Positions 16,721 to 25,576 of a stretch of DNA of 32,000 bases are shown piece by piece. Made by a program: the position numbers and the translations under genes. The stretch spans positions 30,001-62,000 of the forward strand of contig NZ_PQWO01000015.1 of the NCBI RefSeq assembly GCF_003231495.1, read 5' to 3'. Under the pieces are notes generated by a model. The model had not been told where the DNA came from. It ran no database searches and saw nothing but the letters and a program-made list of their open reading frames with translations. Position 1 is the stretch's first letter, and each line of letters begins with the position of its first letter. Origin of the DNA: Acaryochloris thomasi RCC1774 (GTDB lineage: Bacteria > Cyanobacteriota > Cyanobacteriia > Thermosynechococcales > Thermosynechococcaceae).

Positions 16721-18406
16721 CTATCTCGTAGGTTTTTGGGGAATGCAGCGATAGGACTGATACCTAACGTTCATCGCCTGATGCTGCTCCCCCACAGCAG
16801 GACAGTTTGTAGTGAGTTTTGTCGGGGAAGAACTGATTTTTAGAGCCGAAGGAAGAGGCTTCTGGTCTGTAAGATCGCTAAACAACCAGATCAGAGGCGC
16901 TTGAGCCTGTTCTTCAATGTCGATCATGATGGGTGACGACTGGAAAAGCCAGGTGCTCTGCTGTGTTGCAGGACTATTCACGGCTATGCTGAGCCCAAAA
17001 GCTACAGACTGCCAGTTTTCATAGGTTTGGGTCACTAAGATTGGGGTGCTTGTCTGCAGCCGCTGCACAATCTGTTGAGGCTGAAATGGCTTTAAAAACG
17101 CGAGTCCAGAGACGACACAAGCAGAACTCAGTAACCCCACCAGCGTAACCAAGGGTAGGTCGCGCCGTATCCCTTGAGCACGAGCTTGAAAATTAGCAGG
17201 TTGACTACGCTTCCATTCCAGGTCGGATGGAGCCGTCAAGCCAGCACCGATCAAGGCACACACAAGGGGATAAAGCATGAAGTTGTAGCGGAAGGCTAGG
17301 GTCAGATCTTTGCCAAGGCCGTAGACGACAATAAAATATTCAAGCAGGAGCCAACCCAAGAGATGAGCTAGAAGAAGGAGTGAAAAATGGGTAGCCGCAC
17401 TTCGCCAGAGTCGCTGAAGGCCGCGAAAAACACGCCAGCCTAACCCTGCCGTTAAGGAGAGGATCGCCAAACCGCTGACAATGGTGATGCCCAAAGGCTG
17501 TTGCTCAACGGGAAAAATAACGGTCATAATGACCAGACTCGCAGTGAAGCGCAGAAGCGGAGTCCATCGATTCAATCCTGCGGTTGTTAGGTTGAGCCAG
17601 TCGGTGGCGGGACGCTGTAGATGCTCGAAGAATTGAGGCAAGAGAGGAGCATCGATAAGCAAGATGGTTGCGATCGCAAGTCCAATCACACCCCAAACTC
17701 GCCGGGGCAGTCTAGCGCGATACATCCAGCTCAGACTTAACAGCGTCAGGACCTGAGCCGTCGCGGCCAGGGCAAAAAAATAATGGGTGTACAGACCCAG
17801 CCCATTCAAGAGGCTCCAGCCCATCCAAACGCCCAGGTTGATAGCCTGACGCTCACACAGATCCTGCAGCATCAGCACCAATCCCACCAGCGACAGGATG
17901 ATCAGCAGCATCGGCAATGTATAGTGGCGGGCCTCTTGAGAAAGATAAACGGCAAAGGGCGACACAGCCATCAGCGTAGCGGCAGCCAGACCCGCAGAGG
18001 GAGAGAAAGCCACACGGTTGAGGCGATAGACAGCAGGGATAGCAAGGATGCCGAGGAAAGCAGGAAGAGATCGCAACTTCCAAGCCAAGCTCATATCAAA
18101 GCGATCAACCCAGCCGAGCCACTGATGCAGCCAGCAAAAAAAGAGAGGTGGATGGGTGGACTGCGCTCGAATCGCCGCAGAGATCGCAATACAAGAAGCA
18201 GGCTGCCACTGGAATAGCCTAAAGAGATCTGCTAAAGGCTGGACCTGCCCTAGGGGAACTTCGCTGTAGGTATGGCCGAGGCTAAACAGAGCTGTAATGG
18301 TTTCATCAAGCCACAGTGGCTTGAGGTCCAAATTCCAGAACCGGAGAATCGCACCGAGAAGAACGATAAGCACTAGCCATACAAAGTTCTGAGGCAAACG
18401 TTTCAA
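16721..18406 (-). CDS. GT39/ArnT-like (PMT_2) membrane glycosyltransferase
   Basis: This is a polytopic membrane protein. The N-terminus LVLIVLLGAILRFWNLDLKPLWLDETITALFSLG is typical of dolichyl-phosphate-mannose/undecaprenyl-phosphate sugar transferases of the ArnT/PMT type. Confidence 0.75.
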   Translation of the reverse strand: MKRLPQNFVWLVLIVLLGAILRFWNLDLKPLWLDETITALFSLGHTYSEVPLGQVQPLADLFRLFQWQPASCIAISAAIRAQSTHPPLFFCWLHQWLGWVDRFDMSLAWKLRSLPAFLGILAIPAVYRLNRVAFSPSAGLAAATLMAVSPFAVYLSQEARHYTLPMLLIILSLVGLVLMLQDLCERQAINLGVWMGWSLLNGLGLYTHYFFALAATAQVLTLLSLSWMYRARLPRRVWGVIGLAIATILLIDAPLLPQFFEHLQRPATDWLNLTTAGLNRWTPLLRFTASLVIMTVIFPVEQQPLGITIVSGLAILSLTAGLGWRVFRGLQRLWRSAATHFSLLLLAHLLGWLLLEYFIVVYGLGKDLTLAFRYNFMLYPLVCALIGAGLTAPSDLEWKRSQPANFQARAQGIRRDLPLVTLVGLLSSACVVSGLAFLKPFQPQQIVQRLQTSTPILVTQTYENWQSVAFGLSIAVNSPATQQSTWLFQSSPIMIDIEEQAQAPLIWLFSDLTDQKPLPSALKISSSPTKLTTNCPAVGEQHQAMNVRYQSYRCIPQKPTR

Positions 18407-18630
18407 GCCTTCTGCCCCTGTGAGTTATTCTTCACCTGATACATTTCCGATAAATGATGCTGCAATGCTTAGACTCACAACTCCTTTATTTCTCTTATAT
18501 TGAGAACGGTCGTTACCCCAAAGTTTATCCAAACTCTCAGAGGCCACCGGCTCAGTTTATGATTAATTTCTGGGGTAGACATCTTCTACGCTCCACTTTA
18601 AAGATTGTTCACGCTACTGTATCAACACCT

Positions 18631-19125
18631 ATGTCACGGATTTTTACTGGCTTGCTCAGCGCTGTCTTAGCACTACTGCTGCTACTCCCCTCACCGGCCT
18701 TTGCTGCTAGCTCTGCCGCCACCCGCGCCAATGATGACCTCAAGGTCTCTGGTAATGATTTCTCTGGTCGAAACCTACAGGAAGCCGAATTTGCCGAGGC
18801 CCGACTCTCAGGAGCCAACTTCAGCAAGACCAAGCTCGAAGGAGTGGTCTTCAATGCTTCTAACCTATCTAAGGCTAACTTTGAAGAAGCTAATTTATCC
18901 TACGGGTTTGCCTATCTCACAAGCTTTATTGAGGCCGATTTTCGGAACGCGATTCTCCTAGAGTCGACGTTTCTGCAGTGCAGCTTACGGGATGCTGATA
19001 TCACCGGTGCGGACTTCAGTGGCTCCATCATTGATAAAGAGCAGGTCATCGCCCTCTGCGAAGTGGCAGACGGCGTTAATCCGGTCACGGGGGTGTCTAC
19101 CCGCGAATCTTTAGAGTGCCGATAA
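18631..19125 (+). CDS. Pentapeptide-repeat protein with signal peptide (thylakoid-lumen type)
   Basis: The signal peptide is MSRIFTGLLSAVLALLLLLPSPAFA. Consecutive A(D/N)LXX pentapeptides follow (FSGRNLQEAEFAEARLSGANFSKTKLEGVVFNASNLSKANFEEANLS...). The start is trimmed from 18454 to the ATG at 18631. Confidence 0.85.
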   Translation: MSRIFTGLLSAVLALLLLLPSPAFAASSAATRANDDLKVSGNDFSGRNLQEAEFAEARLSGANFSKTKLEGVVFNASNLSKANFEEANLSYGFAYLTSFIEADFRNAILLESTFLQCSLRDADITGADFSGSIIDKEQVIALCEVADGVNPVTGVSTRESLECR

Positions 19126-19131
19126 GGACGC

Positions 19132-20055
19132 TCAAGTTTCGATGGCTTTGGTGGTGATGCCGACGAGTTGCTGGTCGCGGGTGTGGCCCACAACATAAAT
19201 ATCTAGCGCTTGCTCGCCCACTTTGAAAACCTGGAGATTGAGCAATTCAGCCTGTAAGAACTGGACGAGGTGACGGTATTGAGTTGCGATCGCAACTTCT
19301 TCTTCTCCGTGCCAGTCTTGATGGCGGGTCGCCGACTCAAAAAACGTTAAAAAATCAACTTCCCTCACCGACACATCCAATGCATGTTCCGTCAGGGATA
19401 AGAGCTGATCCACCGTCAGCAGTTTAGACGTTTGGAAGTTCCATACGCACACAGACCAAGGGTGATCAGTTTCGCTTACCCACTGAAGTGCGGCACAACG
19501 GTCTAACCCATCTCCAGTCAAAACCTCCGTAAGCCGCCTCCGTAAGTCAGTCTCCAGTCCACTCAAATTCTCTGAGTCGGCAAGTCGCTTAGCCATCAAA
19601 AATTGCTTAAACCGTACGCCACGGTACAGACGTTCCTGTTGGCGTTCAATCTTAAATCCCTGACGCTCGAAAAAGAGACGCGCCGTAAGGCTGACCTCTG
19701 AGAACAGACGCAAAAGGTTCTGAGACTTCGCATCCGTCTCAATCTGCACCATCAACTGAGCACCCACACCACACCGCTGCCTTTGATGATGGACATAGAA
19801 ACAGCCAATATGCCCCGTGCTTTCAAGCTCGGCGAACCCCACAACTTGGCCTTGGTTTTCGGCAACATAGACCTGCTGAATATCTCTAAATCGTTCTTCC
19901 CAGTAAGACGACTCATAGACCCTCGGTGCCCAGGCCTTTAGCTGCTCAGCACTGTAGTCTTGAGCATTGACGTGATGCACAGTCTCATAAAAGAGACAGG
20001 CAATCTCCGGCAGATCAGAAGCTTGAACGTCTCGAATCAACAATGTGTTGGTCAC
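19132..20055 (-). CDS. GNAT N-acetyltransferase fused to NuiA-like nuclease-inhibitor domain
   Basis: The GNAT core is in aa 1 to about 165 (VVGFAELE..., motif A HHQRQRCGVGAQLM). Residues from about 170 to 307 match Anabaena NuiA as I recall it (SETDHPWSVCVW, FFESATRHQDWHGEEE, VFKVGEQALDIYVVGHTRDQQLVGITTKAIET at the C-terminus). Confidence 0.8.
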   Translation of the reverse strand: MTNTLLIRDVQASDLPEIACLFYETVHHVNAQDYSAEQLKAWAPRVYESSYWEERFRDIQQVYVAENQGQVVGFAELESTGHIGCFYVHHQRQRCGVGAQLMVQIETDAKSQNLLRLFSEVSLTARLFFERQGFKIERQQERLYRGVRFKQFLMAKRLADSENLSGLETDLRRRLTEVLTGDGLDRCAALQWVSETDHPWSVCVWNFQTSKLLTVDQLLSLTEHALDVSVREVDFLTFFESATRHQDWHGEEEVAIATQYRHLVQFLQAELLNLQVFKVGEQALDIYVVGHTRDQQLVGITTKAIET

Positions 20056-20064
20056 AACCGCACC

Positions 20065-20931
20065 TTATTCACTCTCGTAGAGAGGTGCTGGCTTCTCTTT
20101 AATGCGCTCCGCAATCGGCCGTACTCGCTTAACCACCTTAATTAAATAGCTGTAGTCGGGTGGCTCTGAATTGGCAGCATAGCCTGCTGCTGCGGCCACT
20201 GGCGCTCCGGCTGACTCTAGAGCCGTGCGAATCTCTTCTTGCAAATTACGATCCACCGTTGGACCGACCAAGACAGAACCGGCTGGCACAGCATGGGAAT
20301 CTCGAAACAATACACGGAATTTTGTACCGCTAAACTCAGAGCGATATTTTTCTAGCTCGGCCACTGACAGAGCCCCAGCAAAAGCGCTGCCGCTGTCTAA
20401 AAGCTGTAGAACACCCTTGGGCGTTGCAGCCAAGCTTACCTCTGACATTGTCAGACCGTAGAGATTGTACAGTGGCAAATAATACCCTGTGGCAGAGCCC
20501 TCTTGCCCTAACGCTAATGGCTTGCTTGCTAAATCTTCCAGCGATTGGGCTGGGCTGTTATCGGGAACCACAACAATCGATCTTTCTTTCGTCCCTCCCG
20601 TTCTTGATAGCAGAGGGAGGTACTGTTCCTGAGAAATGGCAAGGGCAGCCAAGCCCGGTGGTGCAAAGACTAAATCCCAGCTATTGCGCTCAATTTGCTG
20701 AATCGCCTGCCGTTCGTTCAACGCTGGCTCTAGCTCAATCAAACTTTTGAGACTGGTTCCAAGATGATTCTTGAGCCCCTCGAACTGCTCTAGGGAACGC
20801 TGCCCTTCTCCGTAGCTAACAACGCCGATAGTGAGCCGCCTCTTCGTTCCTGAATCCGTCGTCGGACCGCAACCGGCCAAAAACGCCATCAAAATCAACG
20901 AGCAAGACAAGAAAAGACGGCGGGACGGCAT
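20065..20931 (-). CDS. PhnD-like (phosphonate/phosphite-type) periplasmic substrate-binding lipoprotein
   Basis: The lipobox is LMAFLAGCG. The PhnD/SsuA-like pattern is LTIGVVSYGEGQRSLEQFEGLKNHLGTSL...WDLVFAPPGLAA. The start is trimmed to the ATG at 20931. The gene lies 9 nt upstream of the GNAT-NuiA gene on the same strand. Confidence 0.75.
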   Translation of the reverse strand: MPSRRLFLSCSLILMAFLAGCGPTTDSGTKRRLTIGVVSYGEGQRSLEQFEGLKNHLGTSLKSLIELEPALNERQAIQQIERNSWDLVFAPPGLAALAISQEQYLPLLSRTGGTKERSIVVVPDNSPAQSLEDLASKPLALGQEGSATGYYLPLYNLYGLTMSEVSLAATPKGVLQLLDSGSAFAGALSVAELEKYRSEFSGTKFRVLFRDSHAVPAGSVLVGPTVDRNLQEEIRTALESAGAPVAAAAGYAANSEPPDYSYLIKVVKRVRPIAERIKEKPAPLYESE

Positions 20932-21030
20932 AACTCTACAAATAAATTGACATAATCCAAGCACTCATACCCCAGCTAGTTTAGCCTGAACGCTTCTTGC
21001 CAATTACCGAATCAGCTATAAAGTTAAGAA

Positions 21031-21057
21031 TTGCTCACGGATGCTATCCGTGAGCAA
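21031..21057. promoter_or_regulatory. Perfect 27-nt palindrome (12-bp arms, 3-nt centre) in a divergent promoter region
   Basis: ttgctcacggat gct atccgtgagcaa lies between the PhnD-like gene (start 20931) and the DUF3365-HAMP gene (start 21219). It has no flanking U-tract, so it looks more like an operator or RNA hairpin than a terminator. Confidence 0.5.
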
Positions 21058-21218
21058 GAGCCCGTTAGCGTTACCGTCTGAGATTAATGATTCGTAGAAT
21101 CAAGAAGAAGCCAAGGAAAGACAATATCTGTGCCATATAATTGGGAAAATCTCTTCGAGAAATATTGGTATTCCGATATTGAGGACTGTCCTAGCGCAGG
21201 ACCAGAAAAGAATCAGAC

Positions 21219-22124
21219 ATGCTGAAAAACCTAAAGTTAGGGATGAAGCTCAATCTCATCCTGCTCATTACCTTTTTAGTGATTGTGACAGTCAATGGTT
21301 TTATTTTATCCACCGTCCTGCAAAGCAATGCGGAACAAGAGGTCACTCGCAAAGCACTGGTGCTGATCGAAACGATGGACTCAGTTCGGGACTATACCCG
21401 CCTACAGGTGAATCCAGAACTAGCAGATCGTTTGGAGCAAGAAGATCAGTTTTTACCCCAGACCGTACCGGGGTACTCGGCTCGGGAAGTATTTGAATAT
21501 CTGCGCCAGCGTGATGCCTACACAGATTTCTTCTATAAAGAAGCGACCCTCAATCCCACTAACCTCCGTGATAAAGCTGACAAATTCGAGACAGCGATTG
21601 TCGAAGACTTTCGCAAAAATCCCGATCTTAAAACGAAGTCAGGGTTTCGCTCCCTACAGAGCGGGAACCTATACTACGTGGCTCGACCGATAGAAATTAA
21701 GAAAGAAAGCTGCCTGCGCTGTCACAGCACACCTGAGGCGGCTCCCAAGAGTCAACTGGCAACCTACGGTCGGGAGAATGGCTTTGGCTGGCAGCTCAAT
21801 GAAATTGTGGGTGCCCAGACGATTTCAGTACCTGCAGGGAGAGTGTTAGCGGACGCCCGCAAGCTACAGGTACTCGTCATTGGAATTCTTACCATCGGCT
21901 TCTTAATCGCGGTGATTGCCCTCAACCTGTTTTTAAAGTTTGCGGTGGTGTCTCCCATCAAAGAAATGGCCGTTTGGTCACGGGAGGTCAGTACAGGCAA
22001 CCTCAACACGGACTACGAGCATCAGGCCAACGATGAGATTGGCGTCTTAGCCTCTTCTGTCAATCGCCTGAAGGTGAGTATGGAAATGGCAATGAACATG
22101 CTCAAAAAGAATCCGCCTGCATGA
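21219..22124 (+). CDS. c-type-haem DUF3365 (Tll0287-like) sensor domain + TM + HAMP protein, no output domain
   Basis: An N-terminal TM helix is followed by a periplasmic domain containing YYVARPIEIKKESCLRCHSTPEAAPKSQLATYGRENGFGWQLNEIVGAQTISVP (CxxCH at 21711-21725). A second TM and a HAMP domain (PIKEMAVWSREVSTGNLNTDYEHQANDEIGVLASSVNRL) follow, and the ORF stops about 25 aa later. Confidence 0.8.
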   Translation: MLKNLKLGMKLNLILLITFLVIVTVNGFILSTVLQSNAEQEVTRKALVLIETMDSVRDYTRLQVNPELADRLEQEDQFLPQTVPGYSAREVFEYLRQRDAYTDFFYKEATLNPTNLRDKADKFETAIVEDFRKNPDLKTKSGFRSLQSGNLYYVARPIEIKKESCLRCHSTPEAAPKSQLATYGRENGFGWQLNEIVGAQTISVPAGRVLADARKLQVLVIGILTIGFLIAVIALNLFLKFAVVSPIKEMAVWSREVSTGNLNTDYEHQANDEIGVLASSVNRLKVSMEMAMNMLKKNPPA

Positions 22125-22144
22125 CTCAGGCGGTCATCACGGGC

Positions 22145-22169
22145 GGTGGCGCTGCATTACAGCGCCACC
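22145..22169. terminator. GC-rich hairpin between convergent genes (possible bidirectional terminator)
   Basis: ggtggcgct gcattac agcgccacc forms a 9-bp perfect stem with a 7-nt loop. It lies between stop codons at 22124 (+) and 22187 (-). There is no clear U-tract. Confidence 0.4.
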
Positions 22170-22186
22170 ATCACAGAAGTGGGCTT

Positions 22187-22945
22187 CTATCGTTTATGCT
22201 CAGGGTTTTTGAAGTCCGTTTTACAACCTGCATCCCAGGCATCTGGCAAGTTTCCGTGGGCCGGAATGCCGCCGCTGTCTTTTAATAGACGAGCCATGTG
22301 CAGACAGTTCCAAGCCAAGAAAGTAGTGTTTCGATTGGTGAAATCATTCTCTGGACCACCCGACCCTGGATCTAAATAGGATGGCCCTGGACCCACCTCT
22401 CCCAACCATCCAGCATCCACTTGGGGCGGAATTGTATAGCCAATGTGAGAGAGGGAAAACAGAATGTTCATGGCACAGTGTTTCACTCCATCTTCATTTC
22501 CGGTAATCAAGGTGGCTCCAACCTTGCCGTAATCGCGGTACTGGCCTTTAGCGTTGAGCAGATGCGTATACCCGTACATTCGCTCCAGTACTCGGTTACA
22601 CACAGAGCTTTTCTCGCCTAACCAAACTGAAGTACATAAAACCAAAATATCGGTGGCATCAACTTCTGCTTGAATCTGGGGCCAGTCATCTCTGTCCCAT
22701 TCATCTGTTTGAGACATATCTAAACCCAAGCCTGCTGGAATTTCGTAGTCCACGGGCCGGATAACTTTTGTTTGAACGCCATTGGCTTCAAATATAGTTT
22801 TGGCAATGTCAATGACGCCACGGGTATGGGATAAAACCGGTGTGCGATTGAGGGTGCAATTGAGGAACAGGGCTTTGAGATCGTTGTATTGAGCTGGAGC
22901 GTTTTGGCACTGGTGATCGGTAATTTTTGTCAGTTGTTCAGACAT
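22187..22945 (-). CDS. Flavodoxin-like fold NAD(P)H-dependent FMN reductase family protein
   Basis: The N-terminal KALFLNCTLNRTPVLSHTRGVIDIA and LVLCTSVWLGEKSSVCNRVLERM patterns are typical of FMN_red/flavodoxin_2 proteins. The gene starts 42 nt downstream of the preceding membrane-protein gene. Confidence 0.7.
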   Translation of the reverse strand: MSEQLTKITDHQCQNAPAQYNDLKALFLNCTLNRTPVLSHTRGVIDIAKTIFEANGVQTKVIRPVDYEIPAGLGLDMSQTDEWDRDDWPQIQAEVDATDILVLCTSVWLGEKSSVCNRVLERMYGYTHLLNAKGQYRDYGKVGATLITGNEDGVKHCAMNILFSLSHIGYTIPPQVDAGWLGEVGPGPSYLDPGSGGPENDFTNRNTTFLAWNCLHMARLLKDSGGIPAHGNLPDAWDAGCKTDFKNPEHKR

Positions 22946-22987
22946 GGAGGAAAATACCTTCGTTAGATAGCATCGTGTTCACGAGTG

Positions 22988-23719
22988 TTAAATCAGCAAC
23001 AGTAGCCCGGTATAGAGAGCAATTCCGCTAACAAAAGCCCCAAAGCTGCTCTCTCGTTCGTCTGGCAGCTCTCGCGTCAATATATTGAGAATGAGGCTCC
23101 CGGCAAGGAAAGACCAAACAATTGCAATTGCGGCCTCGTTGAGGTGAATCGCTTGACCTGCGATCGCACCCACAACAATTGCGGCCGTTAATAACCACCG
23201 TCCGTAGCGGTCATAGGGTCTTTTGTGGTGTTCTCGAAAGCCGTGGTCAATCACGAAAAAGTGCAGAGCCACGGCGATAAAGTACAAAATGCAGCGCAGC
23301 AAGCTGTGGTCTGCCATATCCTGAAGCAAATAGCTAAAAATCACGTTCAGCCCCGCAAAGGCAATCAGATGGAGCCAAAAAATGGAGGGACTGGTACGGT
23401 CTGTTTTTTCGGCAGCCCGGTTCAATCGCCGAGAGTTGATGGCCAAAATATCAAGACCGTAGAAGACCAGTAAACCAAAAAGGGCGACGATATAAACGTG
23501 ATTTTCTAGGTATGCGACCAAAGGAATGGCAGAATGCTCGAGCTCTTCTTGGGCACGGCTAAGTTCTGGAAAGATTTCGAGAAAGACATAGCCAATCGAG
23601 ACGCCACCGGCAAAGGAGAGCCACTTACGTTCAGGGATAAAGGCACAAATGTTGAGCTCTGAAAGAAAGGCGTGAATCAACGCCAAGCCAGCGGCTAAGT
23701 AAAGACCAGGGCCTGCCAT
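22988..23719 (-). CDS. Integral membrane protein, function unknown (possibly ZIP-like metal transporter)
   Basis: There are 7-8 hydrophobic segments and His/acidic intramembrane motifs (FLEIFPEL, ALHFFVIDHGFREHH, ILTRELPDE). The family assignment is tentative. Confidence 0.6.
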   Translation of the reverse strand: MAGPGLYLAAGLALIHAFLSELNICAFIPERKWLSFAGGVSIGYVFLEIFPELSRAQEELEHSAIPLVAYLENHVYIVALFGLLVFYGLDILAINSRRLNRAAEKTDRTSPSIFWLHLIAFAGLNVIFSYLLQDMADHSLLRCILYFIAVALHFFVIDHGFREHHKRPYDRYGRWLLTAAIVVGAIAGQAIHLNEAAIAIVWSFLAGSLILNILTRELPDERESSFGAFVSGIALYTGLLLLI

Positions 23720-23998
23720 GATGTGTTGCCTCTAATTTTGAGTTGGGTGCTTTTGCGGATCGTGCCCCACCATAAATGCACTGGAATCTGTTCAAGACTC
23801 AGGGCCCTGCTAATCATACTTTTGATGGGATGCGTCTACAACCACTACTGTTGAGATTGAATCAAGATCCAGACAACAAATCAGTAAGGGAGACGCTCAG
23901 CAGTGGACAGAAAAGGATCAGGTAGAATGAGCACTGGTCCTTTGCAAAGGTAAGGTCCTACTCAGCTCTCTCCATCCCTTTATCGTTTTGACAGTCGC

Positions 23999-25390
23999 AT
24001 GGTTAATTTGACGCCCAACCCCAGCTTTAGTGTGTCTATTCGCATTAAGCTTCCCAACCGAGCCGGGATGCTAGCGACGGTCTTTCAAGCGATTGGCGAT
24101 GCTGGCGGGAGTCTCGGCCACATTGAGTTATTAGATCGGACACATACGACCCAAATTCGAGAGCTGATGGTGGATGCTAGCAGCACTGAGCATGCTGAGA
24201 AAATTGTCTGTGCGGTCAAGGCTCTGGAAGACGTGCAGTTTCTTGAGGTCTCAGACCGAACGTTTGATCTCCATCGAGGGGGGAAAATTGAGATCGCATC
24301 TAAGCAGCCCCTGCACAGCCAAGACGATCTGGCGATGGCCTATACGCCAGGGGTGGGGCGCGTGTGCATGGCGATCGCAGAAGATCCCGATCAAGTTTAT
24401 GGCTTAACCATCAAAAGTAAAACCGTAGCGGTGGTCACCGACGGTAGCGCGGTTCTCGGACTCGGCAACATTGGTCCTGAGGCGGCGCTGCCGGTCATGG
24501 AAGGGAAAGCCATGCTGTTCCAGGAATTTGGACAGCTCAATGCCTTTCCCGTTTGCTTGGCGACGCAAGATGTCGATGAAATTGTAGCTGCGGTGAAGCA
24601 GATTGCACCGGTCTTCGGCGGCGTCAATCTAGAAGATATTAGTGCCCCGCGCTGCTTTGAGGTTGAGGAGCGCCTGCGCCGTGAGCTAACGATTCCAGTG
24701 TTCCACGACGATCAGCACGGGACCGCCATTGTGGTGCTGGCGGCTCTGATCAATGCGCTGAAGCTGGTCCACAAGCCGATAACGCAGGTCAAGGTTGTCA
24801 TTAATGGGGCCGGTGCAGCCGGGATTGCGATTGCTCAGCTCTTGCAAAAGGCGGGAGCGAGTAACATTTGCCTTTGCGATCGCAAAGGAATCGTGAGCCG
24901 AGACCGCACCGATCTCAATTCTCGTAAGCAAACCCTAGCCTGCGAAGCATCTGGAACGCTGGCGGACGCAATGCAAGATGCAGACATATTTCTGGGCGTC
25001 AGCGCTCCCGGCGTCGTCACGCCAGAAATGGTGCAGACAATGGCCAAGGATCCAATTGTGTTTGCAATGGCGAATCCGATTCCTGAGATTCAGCCCGAGT
25101 TGATTCAAGGTGATGTGGCGGTGGTGGCAACAGGACGCAGTGACTATCCGAACCAGATTAATAATGTGCTGGCGTTTCCGGGCGTGTTTAGGGGTGCACT
25201 GAACTGTCGGGCCGAGGCGATCACCACGACGATGCATCTGCAGGCGGCATTTGCGATCGCAACCCTAGTGGGCAGCGATCAGCTTTGCCGGGAGCATATT
25301 ATCCCTTCCGTTTTCGACCCTCGGGTCGCAACAGCCGTCGCCTCAGCCGTAGAACAAGCCGCCCGCCAAGAAGGCATTAGCCACTGCTGA
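23999..25390 (+). CDS. NAD(P)-dependent malic enzyme with N-terminal ACT domain
   Basis: DLAMAYTPGVG, VVTDGSAVLGLGNIGPEAALPVMEGKAMLF, FGGVNLEDISAPRCF, FHDDQHGTA and the Rossmann motif VINGAGAAGIA match prokaryotic malic enzymes. The 463-aa length fits the cyanobacterial ACT-ME form. Confidence 0.9.
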   Translation: MVNLTPNPSFSVSIRIKLPNRAGMLATVFQAIGDAGGSLGHIELLDRTHTTQIRELMVDASSTEHAEKIVCAVKALEDVQFLEVSDRTFDLHRGGKIEIASKQPLHSQDDLAMAYTPGVGRVCMAIAEDPDQVYGLTIKSKTVAVVTDGSAVLGLGNIGPEAALPVMEGKAMLFQEFGQLNAFPVCLATQDVDEIVAAVKQIAPVFGGVNLEDISAPRCFEVEERLRRELTIPVFHDDQHGTAIVVLAALINALKLVHKPITQVKVVINGAGAAGIAIAQLLQKAGASNICLCDRKGIVSRDRTDLNSRKQTLACEASGTLADAMQDADIFLGVSAPGVVTPEMVQTMAKDPIVFAMANPIPEIQPELIQGDVAVVATGRSDYPNQINNVLAFPGVFRGALNCRAEAITTTMHLQAAFAIATLVGSDQLCREHIIPSVFDPRVATAVASAVEQAARQEGISHC

Positions 25391-25576
25391 AGGCAAAAAA
25401 TTCAGACTCTCTTCATAAAGGAACTTCCAAGCAATCAGAGAATAAAAGAGACTAATGGACTTCTGCCATTGAATCTGGCATTCGCTGAGATAATTGGGTG
25501 ACAGCAGTGTTCTAACGTTCTCTGCGGACGTTTGACGTAGCAATTCACATCAGCCTGCAATTTAAAAGGGAAATCC

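Noticed and set aside
17783-18217. 144-aa plus-strand ORF rich in Arg/Gln/His
   Set aside because: It is antisense to the polytopic GT39 membrane protein gene. The biased composition is typical of the reverse frame of hydrophobic coding sequence.
21179-21496. 105-aa ORF in an alternative frame overlapping the start of the DUF3365-HAMP gene
   Set aside because: The overlapping frame at 21219..22124 has clear TM, haem-motif and HAMP features. The alternative frame is Arg/Ser/Gly-rich noise.
25343-25543. 66-aa minus-strand ORF overlapping the malic enzyme stop
   Set aside because: It overlaps the end of a strong gene, and I found no supporting features.
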